This document shows positions 1 through 6,490 of a stretch of 34,897 nucleotides of DNA, piece by piece. Location: positions 1 through 34,897 of the IMG/VR virus record IMGVR_UViG_3300035492_000032; one strand, written 5' to 3'. Below the pieces are notes generated by a model. It was not told where the DNA came from and ran no database searches. It saw only the letters and a program-made list of their open reading frames with translations. The translations under genes were made by a program, and so were the position numbers. Each line of letters opens with the position of its first letter. Position 1 is the stretch's first letter. This DNA comes from a virus (Duplodnaviria > Caudoviricetes).

Positions 1-147
1 GTCCAGCTTGTCGGAGGCGAATGCGGCGTAGGCGGCCAGCGTGTCGGCGTCGTATGCGTCGAGGGCTTCGTGCACCTGCTCTGCCTCGGAAACGCTGTCA
101 TCCGGGCACGGCTGTTCGCGGCGCCCTATGGGTCCGTAGTGGGTCAT
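1..147 (-). CDS. Phage early-left hypothetical protein, 5' part (MTHYGPIGRREQPCPDDSVSEAEQVHEALDAYDADTLAAYAAFASDKLD...), runs off the window
   Basis: Manually translated open frame from ATG at 147 to the edge with GC3-rich codons. Its apparent native RBS (GAGG-tatccacc) lies on the far side of the IscB element at 1836-1847. Confidence 0.7.
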   Translation of the reverse strand, partial: MTHYGPIGRREQPCPDDSVSEAEQVHEALDAYDADTLAAYAAFASDKLD

Positions 148-1835
148 CAGATTCTGCGCGAGAAACCCCGGCATTCATGCCGGGTAGGGATAGCGCGGCA
201 CGCTCAGCGTGCCCCTGTTCTCGCTGCCTCCTGCTGAGGTTGGGCGCTATCGAGGGTTGGGTTCTGCGCGTAGGCGTAGCCATCAGCGCGCTGGATCAGG
301 ATGCAGTGGCGGTGGGAGATTCCCTGTACCACACCTGCCGGGGTCTGGATGTTGAAGCTGCCGCTCTGGCGCACCGCGACACGGCCCCGGTGGATGCCGG
401 CCTTCTTGCCGCCCGGCACCGAGGCCTTGACCTGATCGCCGGTCTGGAAGCCGAAGTGGCGCTTCTGCCGGGTCAGGTAGCCGCGTGGGAAACCGTGCGC
501 GGTGAGGCGCGTGCGCTGGTACTCGCCACGCCCCGTGGCCTTGATCGACAGCGTGGGCCGTTGCCAGCCGGACACCGCCTCCACCTCGCCGACGCACACC
601 GCATCGAGCGCATGGGTTTTCGGGATGCCCAGCCGGCTACGGTTGTACTTGGTCTGTGCCCCGCTGCCGGTCGCTACCGGCAGGCCGGTATTCAGCAGGG
701 CGGAAAACAGCGCGTTGCGCGTGGCATTTACTGCCGCCGCATCGTGCAGCGGGGTCTTGGCCCTGGCCGTGATCCGGGCCAGCAGCTCGGGCTGGTCCTT
801 CAGGAACGCCTCAATCGGACGATTCCCTTTGCGCTGATTGCATGGCCGGCAGGCCAGGGTCAGGTTGCTCACCCGGTCACTGCCGCCGTTGCTGCGGGGG
901 ATGATGTGCTCGATCTCCAGCGGGACGTTTTCCGCCGCGCAGTAGGCGCAGCGGCGTGACCACTTCTCCAGCAGGTACTCGCGCACGGTGTAGCCGGCCA
1001 GTTCGCCCTGCTGGTACTCCAGCCCGCTGATCTCCGGGCTCTGCATCGCCTGCGGGTCAAACTTCACCCGCTCGACGGCCAGGGCGGTGATCGGTGCCCA
1101 GCGGCGAATGCGGGCGACCCAGCTCAGCGTGGTATCCAGCCGATGGCGCAGGCTGGGTGCCAGCCAGCCGGCTGGCCGGGTGCGGTTGTTGAAGCGCGGG
1201 GCGCGATGGCGCAGGTTCTGGCTGCGGCGGCGGCGGCGGAAGCCCGCTCGCTGCTCCAGCGCCTTGCGGATGGCCGCGCCCCGGTGAACCAGCTCCAGCA
1301 GCGACAGCACCGATACCCGCTTCTGGCGCTCGCGCACCAGGGCCATGCCGGTGAAGCGGCTGCCCGGATCGAGCTTGAGCGTCAGCGGCTGCACGGCACT
1401 GTCGGCCAGCCGGCGATCCACCAGACGGATTACCAGCGGCGCAAGCCGGTGGACGCGGGCACGTCCGCGCTCCAGCAGTAGCCGGGCGCGCTTCTCGCTG
1501 CACGGCATCAGCGGTTTTCCAGTCTTGTCCAGCACATAGACCGCCATGAGCGATCCTCCGGTTTGTTCGTGCCCTTACGGGCCTGGTGACGGAGGGCTTG
1601 CGCCCTCGCTCCCCTCGGGAAGGTGTGCAACCGGCTCCCGCTTGCGCGGCGACCGGAACCTTCGGCGCTTTACCTTTCGCCAGCATGATCCCGGCCTTCC
1701 AGTGCCCGGAACTGAGGAAGCATTCCGTGGTGGGTCGGTTCGACCTGTTGCACACGCAGCCGGCTGGTTACGGCTTTCCCTGGTCAACCCAGCCTGCTAT
1801 CCGCAAGCTCCGGCCTTCAGGCCGTGGTAGTTGAC
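148..1835 (-). mobile_element. Non-autonomous IS200/IS605-superfamily IscB element (omegaRNA + iscB, no tnpA)
   Basis: Starts GTCAACTACC at 1835. Subterminal hairpins with TGAA loops at both ends (CGGCC-TGAA-GGCCG at 1811-1824; CCCGGCA-TGAA-TGCCGGG at 167-184). The 3' flank begins ATGA. Confidence 0.88.
204..1547 (-). CDS. iscB: RNA-guided endonuclease IscB (OMEGA; PLMP, split RuvC, bridge helix, HNH)
   Basis: N-terminal VLDKTGKPLMPC, RuvC-I LDPGSRFTG, Arg-rich RRAGFRRRRR-type helix, RuvC-II VERVKFD, HNH CAYC...EHIIPRSNGGSDRVSNLTLACRPCN, RuvC-III HALDA. Catalytic residues look intact. Confidence 0.97.
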   Translation of the reverse strand: MAVYVLDKTGKPLMPCSEKRARLLLERGRARVHRLAPLVIRLVDRRLADSAVQPLTLKLDPGSRFTGMALVRERQKRVSVLSLLELVHRGAAIRKALEQRAGFRRRRRSQNLRHRAPRFNNRTRPAGWLAPSLRHRLDTTLSWVARIRRWAPITALAVERVKFDPQAMQSPEISGLEYQQGELAGYTVREYLLEKWSRRCAYCAAENVPLEIEHIIPRSNGGSDRVSNLTLACRPCNQRKGNRPIEAFLKDQPELLARITARAKTPLHDAAAVNATRNALFSALLNTGLPVATGSGAQTKYNRSRLGIPKTHALDAVCVGEVEAVSGWQRPTLSIKATGRGEYQRTRLTAHGFPRGYLTRQKRHFGFQTGDQVKASVPGGKKAGIHRGRVAVRQSGSFNIQTPAGVVQGISHRHCILIQRADGYAYAQNPTLDSAQPQQEAARTGAR

Positions 1836-1851
1836 GGTGGATACCTCGGTT
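1556..1851 (-). ncRNA. omegaRNA (HEARO-like): about 280-nt scaffold starting at 1835 plus a 5' guide from the flank (about 1836-1851)
   Basis: Non-coding structured region directly upstream of iscB. GTCAAC (1835-1830) pairs with GTTGAC (1788-1783), and the TGCTTCCTCAGT and CCCGAGGGGAG segments are typical of omegaRNAs. Confidence 0.88.
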
Positions 1852-2026
1852 GCCCGGATGGGCGGGGGAATGAATGCCTGCTACCGATACCCGGCAGGCT
1901 CTGGGCAGGAGTCGTCTTCCGTGACGCCGGATCGGCTCCAGCTGTTTGTTCATGGCGCTACCAGCACCGCGCGCCGTACGGTTATCGCAGACCTGGGGGT
2001 CTGGCCTGGCTGGTTCAGGAGGGGGG

Positions 2027-2218
2027 TTAGGCGCACGAGGCCGCGTCTTGCTCTGCTTGGTCAGCAAGCTGCTCAATGCGTCGTAGCGATTCGGCTCGCA
2101 GGGATGCCATGTCTGCATCGTCCAGCGCGGGCATACAGACAAAATTGATTCCTGCTCGGACAAGAACGTTTGCGGTCTGAGCAGCCTTGCGAAGCTCTGC
2201 TGGGTTGGCTCTTAACAT
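2027..2218 (-). CDS. DUF1382-family protein (lambda orf63-like)
   Basis: RANPAELRKAAQTANVLVRAGINFVCMP resembles lambda orf63 KASSVELRTSIEMAHSLAQIGIRFVPIP (recalled). RBS AAGGAG upstream. Confidence 0.7.
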   Translation of the reverse strand: MLRANPAELRKAAQTANVLVRAGINFVCMPALDDADMASLRAESLRRIEQLADQAEQDAASCA

Positions 2219-2313
2219 CACTTATCTCCTTTCCAATTCCTTCTCCACCAATCCCACATGTACAGCGCTGCGAGGAAGGCGCAGAGGATCAGGACTTCGG
2301 GGCCGGTTAGCAT
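2218..2313 (-). CDS. 31-aa single-TM peptide MLTGPEVLILCAFLAALYMWDWWRRNWKGDK
   Basis: Manually translated. Fills the gap and overlaps both neighbouring genes; hydrophobic helix followed by Trp/basic tail. Confidence 0.55.
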   Translation of the reverse strand: MLTGPEVLILCAFLAALYMWDWWRRNWKGDK

Positions 2314-2621
2314 GGCGTGCCGCGGGCCTTGGCGATGGCTTCAGTGCGTTGTCTAGGCATGCTCCCGAGGTGCAGTAGTGCCTCGTCGTAGCGTCCCGCT
2401 TCTACGCACTCATAGGCGATGCGCATCTGTGCGTTGGTAGCCTCCAGCGCTTCCAGCAGGTCAGGCGCCGCAGCGATCAGGCGGGCGTTGGCGATCGCTT
2501 CGTCATCGTCTAAGTAAATCTCCGGCACCACCAGGGTTCCGCTCTTGCCTTCCGGCTCGTGGATTACCCAACGTTCCTCTTTGTCGATGATCCAAGGCCC
2601 CGGCGTATGTCCGTTGCTCAT
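2307..2621 (-). CDS. Conserved phage hypothetical protein (HTPGPW...ANARLIAAAPDLLEAL type)
   Basis: Widespread phage motif pair; RBS GGAGG. Confidence 0.8.
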   Translation of the reverse strand: MSNGHTPGPWIIDKEERWVIHEPEGKSGTLVVPEIYLDDDEAIANARLIAAAPDLLEALEATNAQMRIAYECVEAGRYDEALLHLGSMPRQRTEAIAKARGTPC

Positions 2622-2622
2622 C

Positions 2623-2814
2623 TCATCCTCCTATGTGCTGATGGGTGCGCATATGCGCGCAGTAGTCTTGCTCTGCTTCGCCCCGGCCAGCTCGAACTGC
2701 TGCCCCTGGAACGCTTGCGACATAACCGGCTGGGCCTTCAGGGTTGAATCGCCCAATTGCCCTGGCCGCATCGCTTGGGTGTGTTGTTCCGCATGATTCG
2801 CAAACGCTGCCCAT
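2623..2814 (-). CDS. Hypothetical protein (63 aa, CxxC)
   Basis: Start re-called at ATG 2814 behind GAGG; abuts the next gene. Confidence 0.55.
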   Translation of the reverse strand: MGSVCESCGTTHPSDAARAIGRFNPEGPAGYVASVPGAAVRAGRGEAEQDYCAHMRTHQHIGG

Positions 2815-2911
2815 TCGAGCTGCCTCTAGAAAAATCGGAAATTCCGAATTTGTGCTGATTGGTGCCCGCTGCAGCCTGTCGCCAAGCTGCGGGGGTGGGG
2901 TTAGGCGGGAA

Positions 2912-3139
2912 TCAGTCGTCAACGTTGCTTAGCTTCTCGACGGTGATTCGGTAAGTCGGCTCGCCGTTGCAGGTCACGATTACCGGCTCTTTATTGCTCA
3001 ACACGTGCTTGGCAACAGCAGCGCAAGCTTCGCCAGTTACGTCTGTTTTGTTGCTCAGCCAGGTGCGGCCGTCATTCCCGACTCCACCGCAAAAGATGCG
3101 ATTGGTCAGCGGGGAGGGCGCTACGTGAAGATTTGCCAT
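2912..3139 (-). CDS. Hypothetical protein (75 aa), first gene of the PL operon
   Basis: Start re-called at ATG 3139 behind GGAG; MANLHVAPSPLTNRIFCG... Confidence 0.75.
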   Translation of the reverse strand: MANLHVAPSPLTNRIFCGGVGNDGRTWLSNKTDVTGEACAAVAKHVLSNKEPVIVTCNGEPTYRITVEKLSNVDD

Positions 3140-3419
3140 TTGCGTTCTCCGGTTTTCTTCCAGCTGGCCACTCTTGCGAATGGCCAGAAGTGAATGTTCC
3201 GTTTGAACTACCAAGGATTCCTTGACAGTTCATTCTCCGTTGCGCGCTATGCCGAGTCGTCTCAGGCCCTGGTCAGCTACTGGCGTCTTCCAGGGAGGCG
3301 GTTGCGCAACTTCGCGTGGCTGCATGTGGAGCCACGGCCAGTTCCAGAGCTGGCATGGGGCGGAAAACTTGTTACTCGCGCTGTGCCCGGTTGGGGATTC
3401 CGCCGCGAGGGTTCTGAAG

Positions 3420-3447
3420 TTTTAAAGAGCGTGGGCTTTTCAGGCCC
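3420..3447 (-). promoter_or_regulatory. nut-like antitermination site: boxB-like hairpin (3447-3433) followed by boxA CGCTCTTTAAAA (3431-3420)
   Basis: Close match to the boxA consensus (C/T)GCTCTTTAACA about 40 nt after the PL start; hairpin GGGCCT-GAAA-AGCCC. Confidence 0.75.
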
Positions 3448-3476
3448 TGACGCGGTGCTGCTGCGTCGATGGGTGT

Positions 3477-3505
3477 AATTTAGAGAACTAAACAAAAGGC
3501 GTCAA
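3477..3505 (-). promoter_or_regulatory. PL promoter (sigma70)
   Basis: TTGACG (3505-3500), 17 bp, TAAATT (3482-3477). Confidence 0.85.
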
Positions 3506-3527
3506 CCTATTTTTAAAGAAAACTTAA
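3479..3527. promoter_or_regulatory. OL operators (14-bp TTTAG-N4-CTAAA type)
   Basis: TTTAGagaaCTAAA at 3479-3492 and TAAAGaaaaCTTAA at 3514-3527; the same motif recurs three times between cI and cro. Confidence 0.8.
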
Positions 3528-3537
3528 CACCGTGCAG

Positions 3538-3562
3538 AAAAGAAGCCCGCTCAGTGGCGGGC
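3538..3562 (-). terminator. Intrinsic terminator ending the cI operon
   Basis: GCCCGC-6nt-GCGGGC hairpin followed by TTCTTTT on the minus strand. Confidence 0.7.
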
Positions 3563-3710
3563 CGCAGGTCGATCAGGAATCAGCAGGTCGTGGGAAAACG
3601 TGCAGGTCGGCAGCGCTTGCCGCTGTGCCAGGCCATGCCGGCGGCACCTTGGTTGAGTAAGTGAATCGCGTATTATCTTTCTATGCCATCACTTCTGCGG
3701 GGAAAGATGC

Positions 3711-3935
3711 ATGAATACTTCTGAACTGAAATGGGTACTTTCTTCAAGCCGAAAGCCAGATGACTACCAAGAGTGCCTGGTTTACAGCCCTTGCGAAGGG
3801 TTTCAGATTGCCACCTGGAAAGTGCTGGATGATGACGGGGAGTTCTATGCTCACGCTCAGCCTGAGCCGCTGGCGTCCGAGCAGGCCAGCGTGTGGGCGG
3901 CGCTGCCTCTGATGGACGCCATAGGCTTCGGATAA
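3711..3935 (+). CDS. Hypothetical protein, DUF551-like
   Basis: W..S.RKP...CLV...W..LP pattern typical of small phage DUF551-type proteins. Confidence 0.55.
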   Translation: MNTSELKWVLSSSRKPDDYQECLVYSPCEGFQIATWKVLDDDGEFYAHAQPEPLASEQASVWAALPLMDAIGFG

Positions 3936-3943
3936 CAGCCGCC

Positions 3944-4852
3944 TCAGCTATCGCCCCTGATATCCCTGATCATGCGCCCTAGACCTGCGGCATCACTCTC
4001 AAGCAGAGCAACAACCTCAAGGTTATCGGCAGCAAAAAAACGATCCCCGGCGTCGGCAATCAGCATCGCCTGCTCAATCTTTCCTGGAAGCTCATCGACC
4101 AACTTTGCCCAGAAGGAAAGGTCTTTCGGTCGAAGCGACACAATGCCGTCCTCGCTTAGCCCGCGAAGCTCCTCAAGCCGGGGCACGATGTGCACGTCCA
4201 AAATATCCCTTATTCGGTGGCTGAAGTAATCTAAGCCCCGAATCGTTCCGACCACCTCCTCACGTACAGCGGGCCCGCCTTTCTTGCCTGCGGTCGCGTA
4301 GAATGCTGCAGCCTCGGCTCCTCGAAGCTGCACTACGCGCGTGATGTTCGGGGCTTTTCGGCGCGCGCGATCCGTTAGCGCTTGAAGTGTTTTAGGTGAA
4401 ACGGCACCCCGGAAGCGGCTGCGCAGTTCAAGCTGAGCTTGATCTCGCTGCTGCAGATCCAATATCCCCCGCACAATGCCCGGAATTTCTCCCTGGATAC
4501 CCAGGACCCGCTTTATTCTTAGCTTGCGCTGGTACAGAGCGTCATGGCGGCGCATTTCAGCTTGGAAGTCTGCGTGGAAATGCTTTTTCCCGCAGTCCTT
4601 TCCGATATTTGTCTCAATACCTTCGCCAGTGGTTATGAGGTAGCCATGCCAGTGAGGGCTGCCGCAGTCGCCAATTCCGCACTTAATCTTCGGGCCGGTA
4701 AGGTGATAAGGCGCAACGATACTTCCGAACTGGTGCTGCCCGTTCGGGGCAAAATAAAGGCCGGCTCTATAGGATGGGCGCGCTTGAATGTCGGCGGCGC
4801 TTGCCAGGTCTGGAATGCTTTCCTGATCCGATTGTTCGTACCGCACTGTCAT
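3944..4852 (-). CDS. Unknown 302-aa accessory protein co-oriented with cI (rex-like position), putative N-terminal Zn site
   Basis: Long ORF with RBS GAGG, 47 bp after the cI stop; CGIGDCGSPHWHG...GKDCG motif; helical C-terminus. Confidence 0.8.
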   Translation of the reverse strand: MTVRYEQSDQESIPDLASAADIQARPSYRAGLYFAPNGQHQFGSIVAPYHLTGPKIKCGIGDCGSPHWHGYLITTGEGIETNIGKDCGKKHFHADFQAEMRRHDALYQRKLRIKRVLGIQGEIPGIVRGILDLQQRDQAQLELRSRFRGAVSPKTLQALTDRARRKAPNITRVVQLRGAEAAAFYATAGKKGGPAVREEVVGTIRGLDYFSHRIRDILDVHIVPRLEELRGLSEDGIVSLRPKDLSFWAKLVDELPGKIEQAMLIADAGDRFFAADNLEVVALLESDAAGLGRMIRDIRGDS

Positions 4853-4899
4853 CTGCCTCGCCCCCTAGTAATCCACCCCTCACATCGCCCGGCCATGCC

Positions 4900-5607
4900 C
4901 TAGAGCCCGGTTATCTTCGCGTCCACCACGCGCCCAATCAGCCGCCACTCGTCGTCCATCTCAACCTGGTTGAACGCTGGGTTAAGCGGCACAAGGTAGG
5001 CAGTTCCCGCGTCGCGCACGTACTGCTTGAAGGTGGTTTCGCCGTCGCGATGCTTGGCGATGTAGAACTTGCCGCTGATCACGTCGAAGCCTTCAGGGCG
5101 CACAAGGATCGGGGTGCCTGGCGGAAAGCTTGGCGGCGTCTCCGAGGTCATCGACCTACCCTTTACCCTGAGCCAATAGCCATGTTCGCCAGCGTTCTCG
5201 GTTGACTCCAGCATCTCCTCGCCGTCGCCTGGGTAGTAGTTATCCGGCGACTCTGCTCGCTCGCCAGCGGCCACCCAGCTGATAAGAGGGTAAGCACGCG
5301 GGGCGCGACGTGGCTGCAATGCGGGGGCGACGTTTGAGTGCTCGGCATTGCTTGCGTCGTCCATGTCCAGCCACGGCTTTTCCAGGCTCAGGCCTTCAGG
5401 AACTGGCTGGCCCTCTCCCGTAGCAAGCCATCTTGCAGAGCATCGAAGGGCCTTAGCGAGGGCCATCAGGTTTTCGCCGCTGAGTTTGTTAGTGCCGCTT
5501 TTCCAGAAGGTGATCGTCGTCTTGGAGACCTTGACGCGCTTGGCTAACTCGGTCTGAGTCATGCCAGTTTCCTTCAGGCGCTGAGCCAGTCTGTCTTTGA
5601 ATTCCAT
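4900..5607 (-). CDS. cI: CI-like phage repressor (XRE HTH + S24 autopeptidase)
   Basis: HTH TQTELAKRVKVSKTTITFW; AAG cleavage site; GRSM serine and TFKQ lysine motifs. Confidence 0.95.
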   Translation of the reverse strand: MEFKDRLAQRLKETGMTQTELAKRVKVSKTTITFWKSGTNKLSGENLMALAKALRCSARWLATGEGQPVPEGLSLEKPWLDMDDASNAEHSNVAPALQPRRAPRAYPLISWVAAGERAESPDNYYPGDGEEMLESTENAGEHGYWLRVKGRSMTSETPPSFPPGTPILVRPEGFDVISGKFYIAKHRDGETTFKQYVRDAGTAYLVPLNPAFNQVEMDDEWRLIGRVVDAKITGL

Positions 5608-5608
5608 A

Positions 5609-5670
5609 TTTAGGATTCTAAAGCTTTCCAGTGTTTAGATTCCTTGCCTTTCGCTGTTAAGAGTCCTAAA
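5609..5670. promoter_or_regulatory. OR operators (three 14-bp sites)
   Basis: TTTAGgattCTAAA 5609-5622, TTTAGattcCTTGC 5634-5647, TTAAGagtcCTAAA 5657-5670. Confidence 0.8.
5615..5643 (-). promoter_or_regulatory. PRM-like promoter, probably giving a leaderless cI mRNA
   Basis: -10 TAGAAT at 5620-5615 lies 7 nt before the cI ATG; weak -35; no SD. Confidence 0.6.
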
Positions 5671-5672
5671 CT
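5644..5672 (+). promoter_or_regulatory. PR promoter
   Basis: TTGCCT (5644-5649), 17 bp, TAAACT (5667-5672), overlapping operators. Confidence 0.75.
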
Positions 5673-5698
5673 GACCGCACATTTAGCGGAGAGCTGAG

Positions 5699-5902
5699 AT
5701 GACATTCGACGAAGCGTTGGCGTTCTTTGGCTCTGGTCGAGCCATCGGTGATGCGCTTGGTGTCAGCAGCGGCCGAGTTTCCCAGTGCCGCGCTGCAGGC
5801 GGGTTTTCCTACCCGATGCAGTGCGTTCTCGAGAAAGAGTCTCGCCGGAAGTTGATCGCCAAGCGTGAAGACGAGCCCGGTAATCAAGCGGCGGTTGCAT
5901 AA
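5699..5902 (+). CDS. cro: Cro-like repressor
   Basis: MTFDEALAFFGSGRAIGDALGVSSGRVSQ HTH, divergent from cI; RBS GGAG. Confidence 0.9.
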   Translation: MTFDEALAFFGSGRAIGDALGVSSGRVSQCRAAGGFSYPMQCVLEKESRRKLIAKREDEPGNQAAVA

Positions 5903-5990
5903 GCGACATCCCTGTCAGTGGTTTCCATGGTTGTAAGTGTCGCCCCAGCTTGAAAAGGGCGCCACGCGAAAAACACAAGAGGTTCGCGAG

Positions 5991-6422
5991 ATGGAAGTTT
6001 TTGAGCGTGCACTGCACGACGAAGTGATCGCAGAAGGCGGTACCGATCTGGCAAAGCGCATGGGCGTCAATCGCACCCGGCTGCTCGACTGCGCAAACCC
6101 AAATCGCGAAGAGCACCGCATGAACCTGCAGATGTTCGGCCAGATCCTGGCGCATGTTTCGGAAGAGGGTCGCCAGCGCGTTCTGCAGGCGCTTGTCGGC
6201 GAGTTCGGCTTTGAACTGGTAGCCAAGGAGCTGCCGAAGGCAGAACAGCTCACTAGCGCCGTCCTGCGCATGCACTCCGAGGTCGCTGACGTGACCCGCG
6301 CCGTCACCGCAGCCCTGGAGGACGGCCATGTATCCCAAACCGAGAAAGCCTTGATCAAGCGCGAGATTGGGGAGGCTCAGCGAAGCCTCAACGTGCTGAT
6401 CGAGTCGGTAAAGGTCGCCTGA
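5991..6422 (+). CDS. CII-family phage regulatory protein
   Basis: Position after cro; LAKRMGVNR...ANPNREEHR...DGHVSQTEK motifs; start re-called at ATG 5991 behind GAGG. Confidence 0.75.
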   Translation: MEVFERALHDEVIAEGGTDLAKRMGVNRTRLLDCANPNREEHRMNLQMFGQILAHVSEEGRQRVLQALVGEFGFELVAKELPKAEQLTSAVLRMHSEVADVTRAVTAALEDGHVSQTEKALIKREIGEAQRSLNVLIESVKVA

Positions 6423-6433
6423 TCGACAGGCAC

Positions 6434-6463
6434 AAAAAAGCCACCGGGCAAGGGTGGCTTCTT
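6434..6463. terminator. Bidirectional intrinsic terminator (tR1-like)
   Basis: AAAAAAGCCACC-loop-GGTGGCTTCTT. Confidence 0.7.
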
Positions 6464-6490
6464 CAACAACGTTCGAGAGGAACGAGGCAC

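Noticed and set aside
21-959. 312-aa plus-strand ORF and other ORFs antisense to iscB
   Set aside because: Shadow frames of a GC-rich real gene; no motifs or RBS
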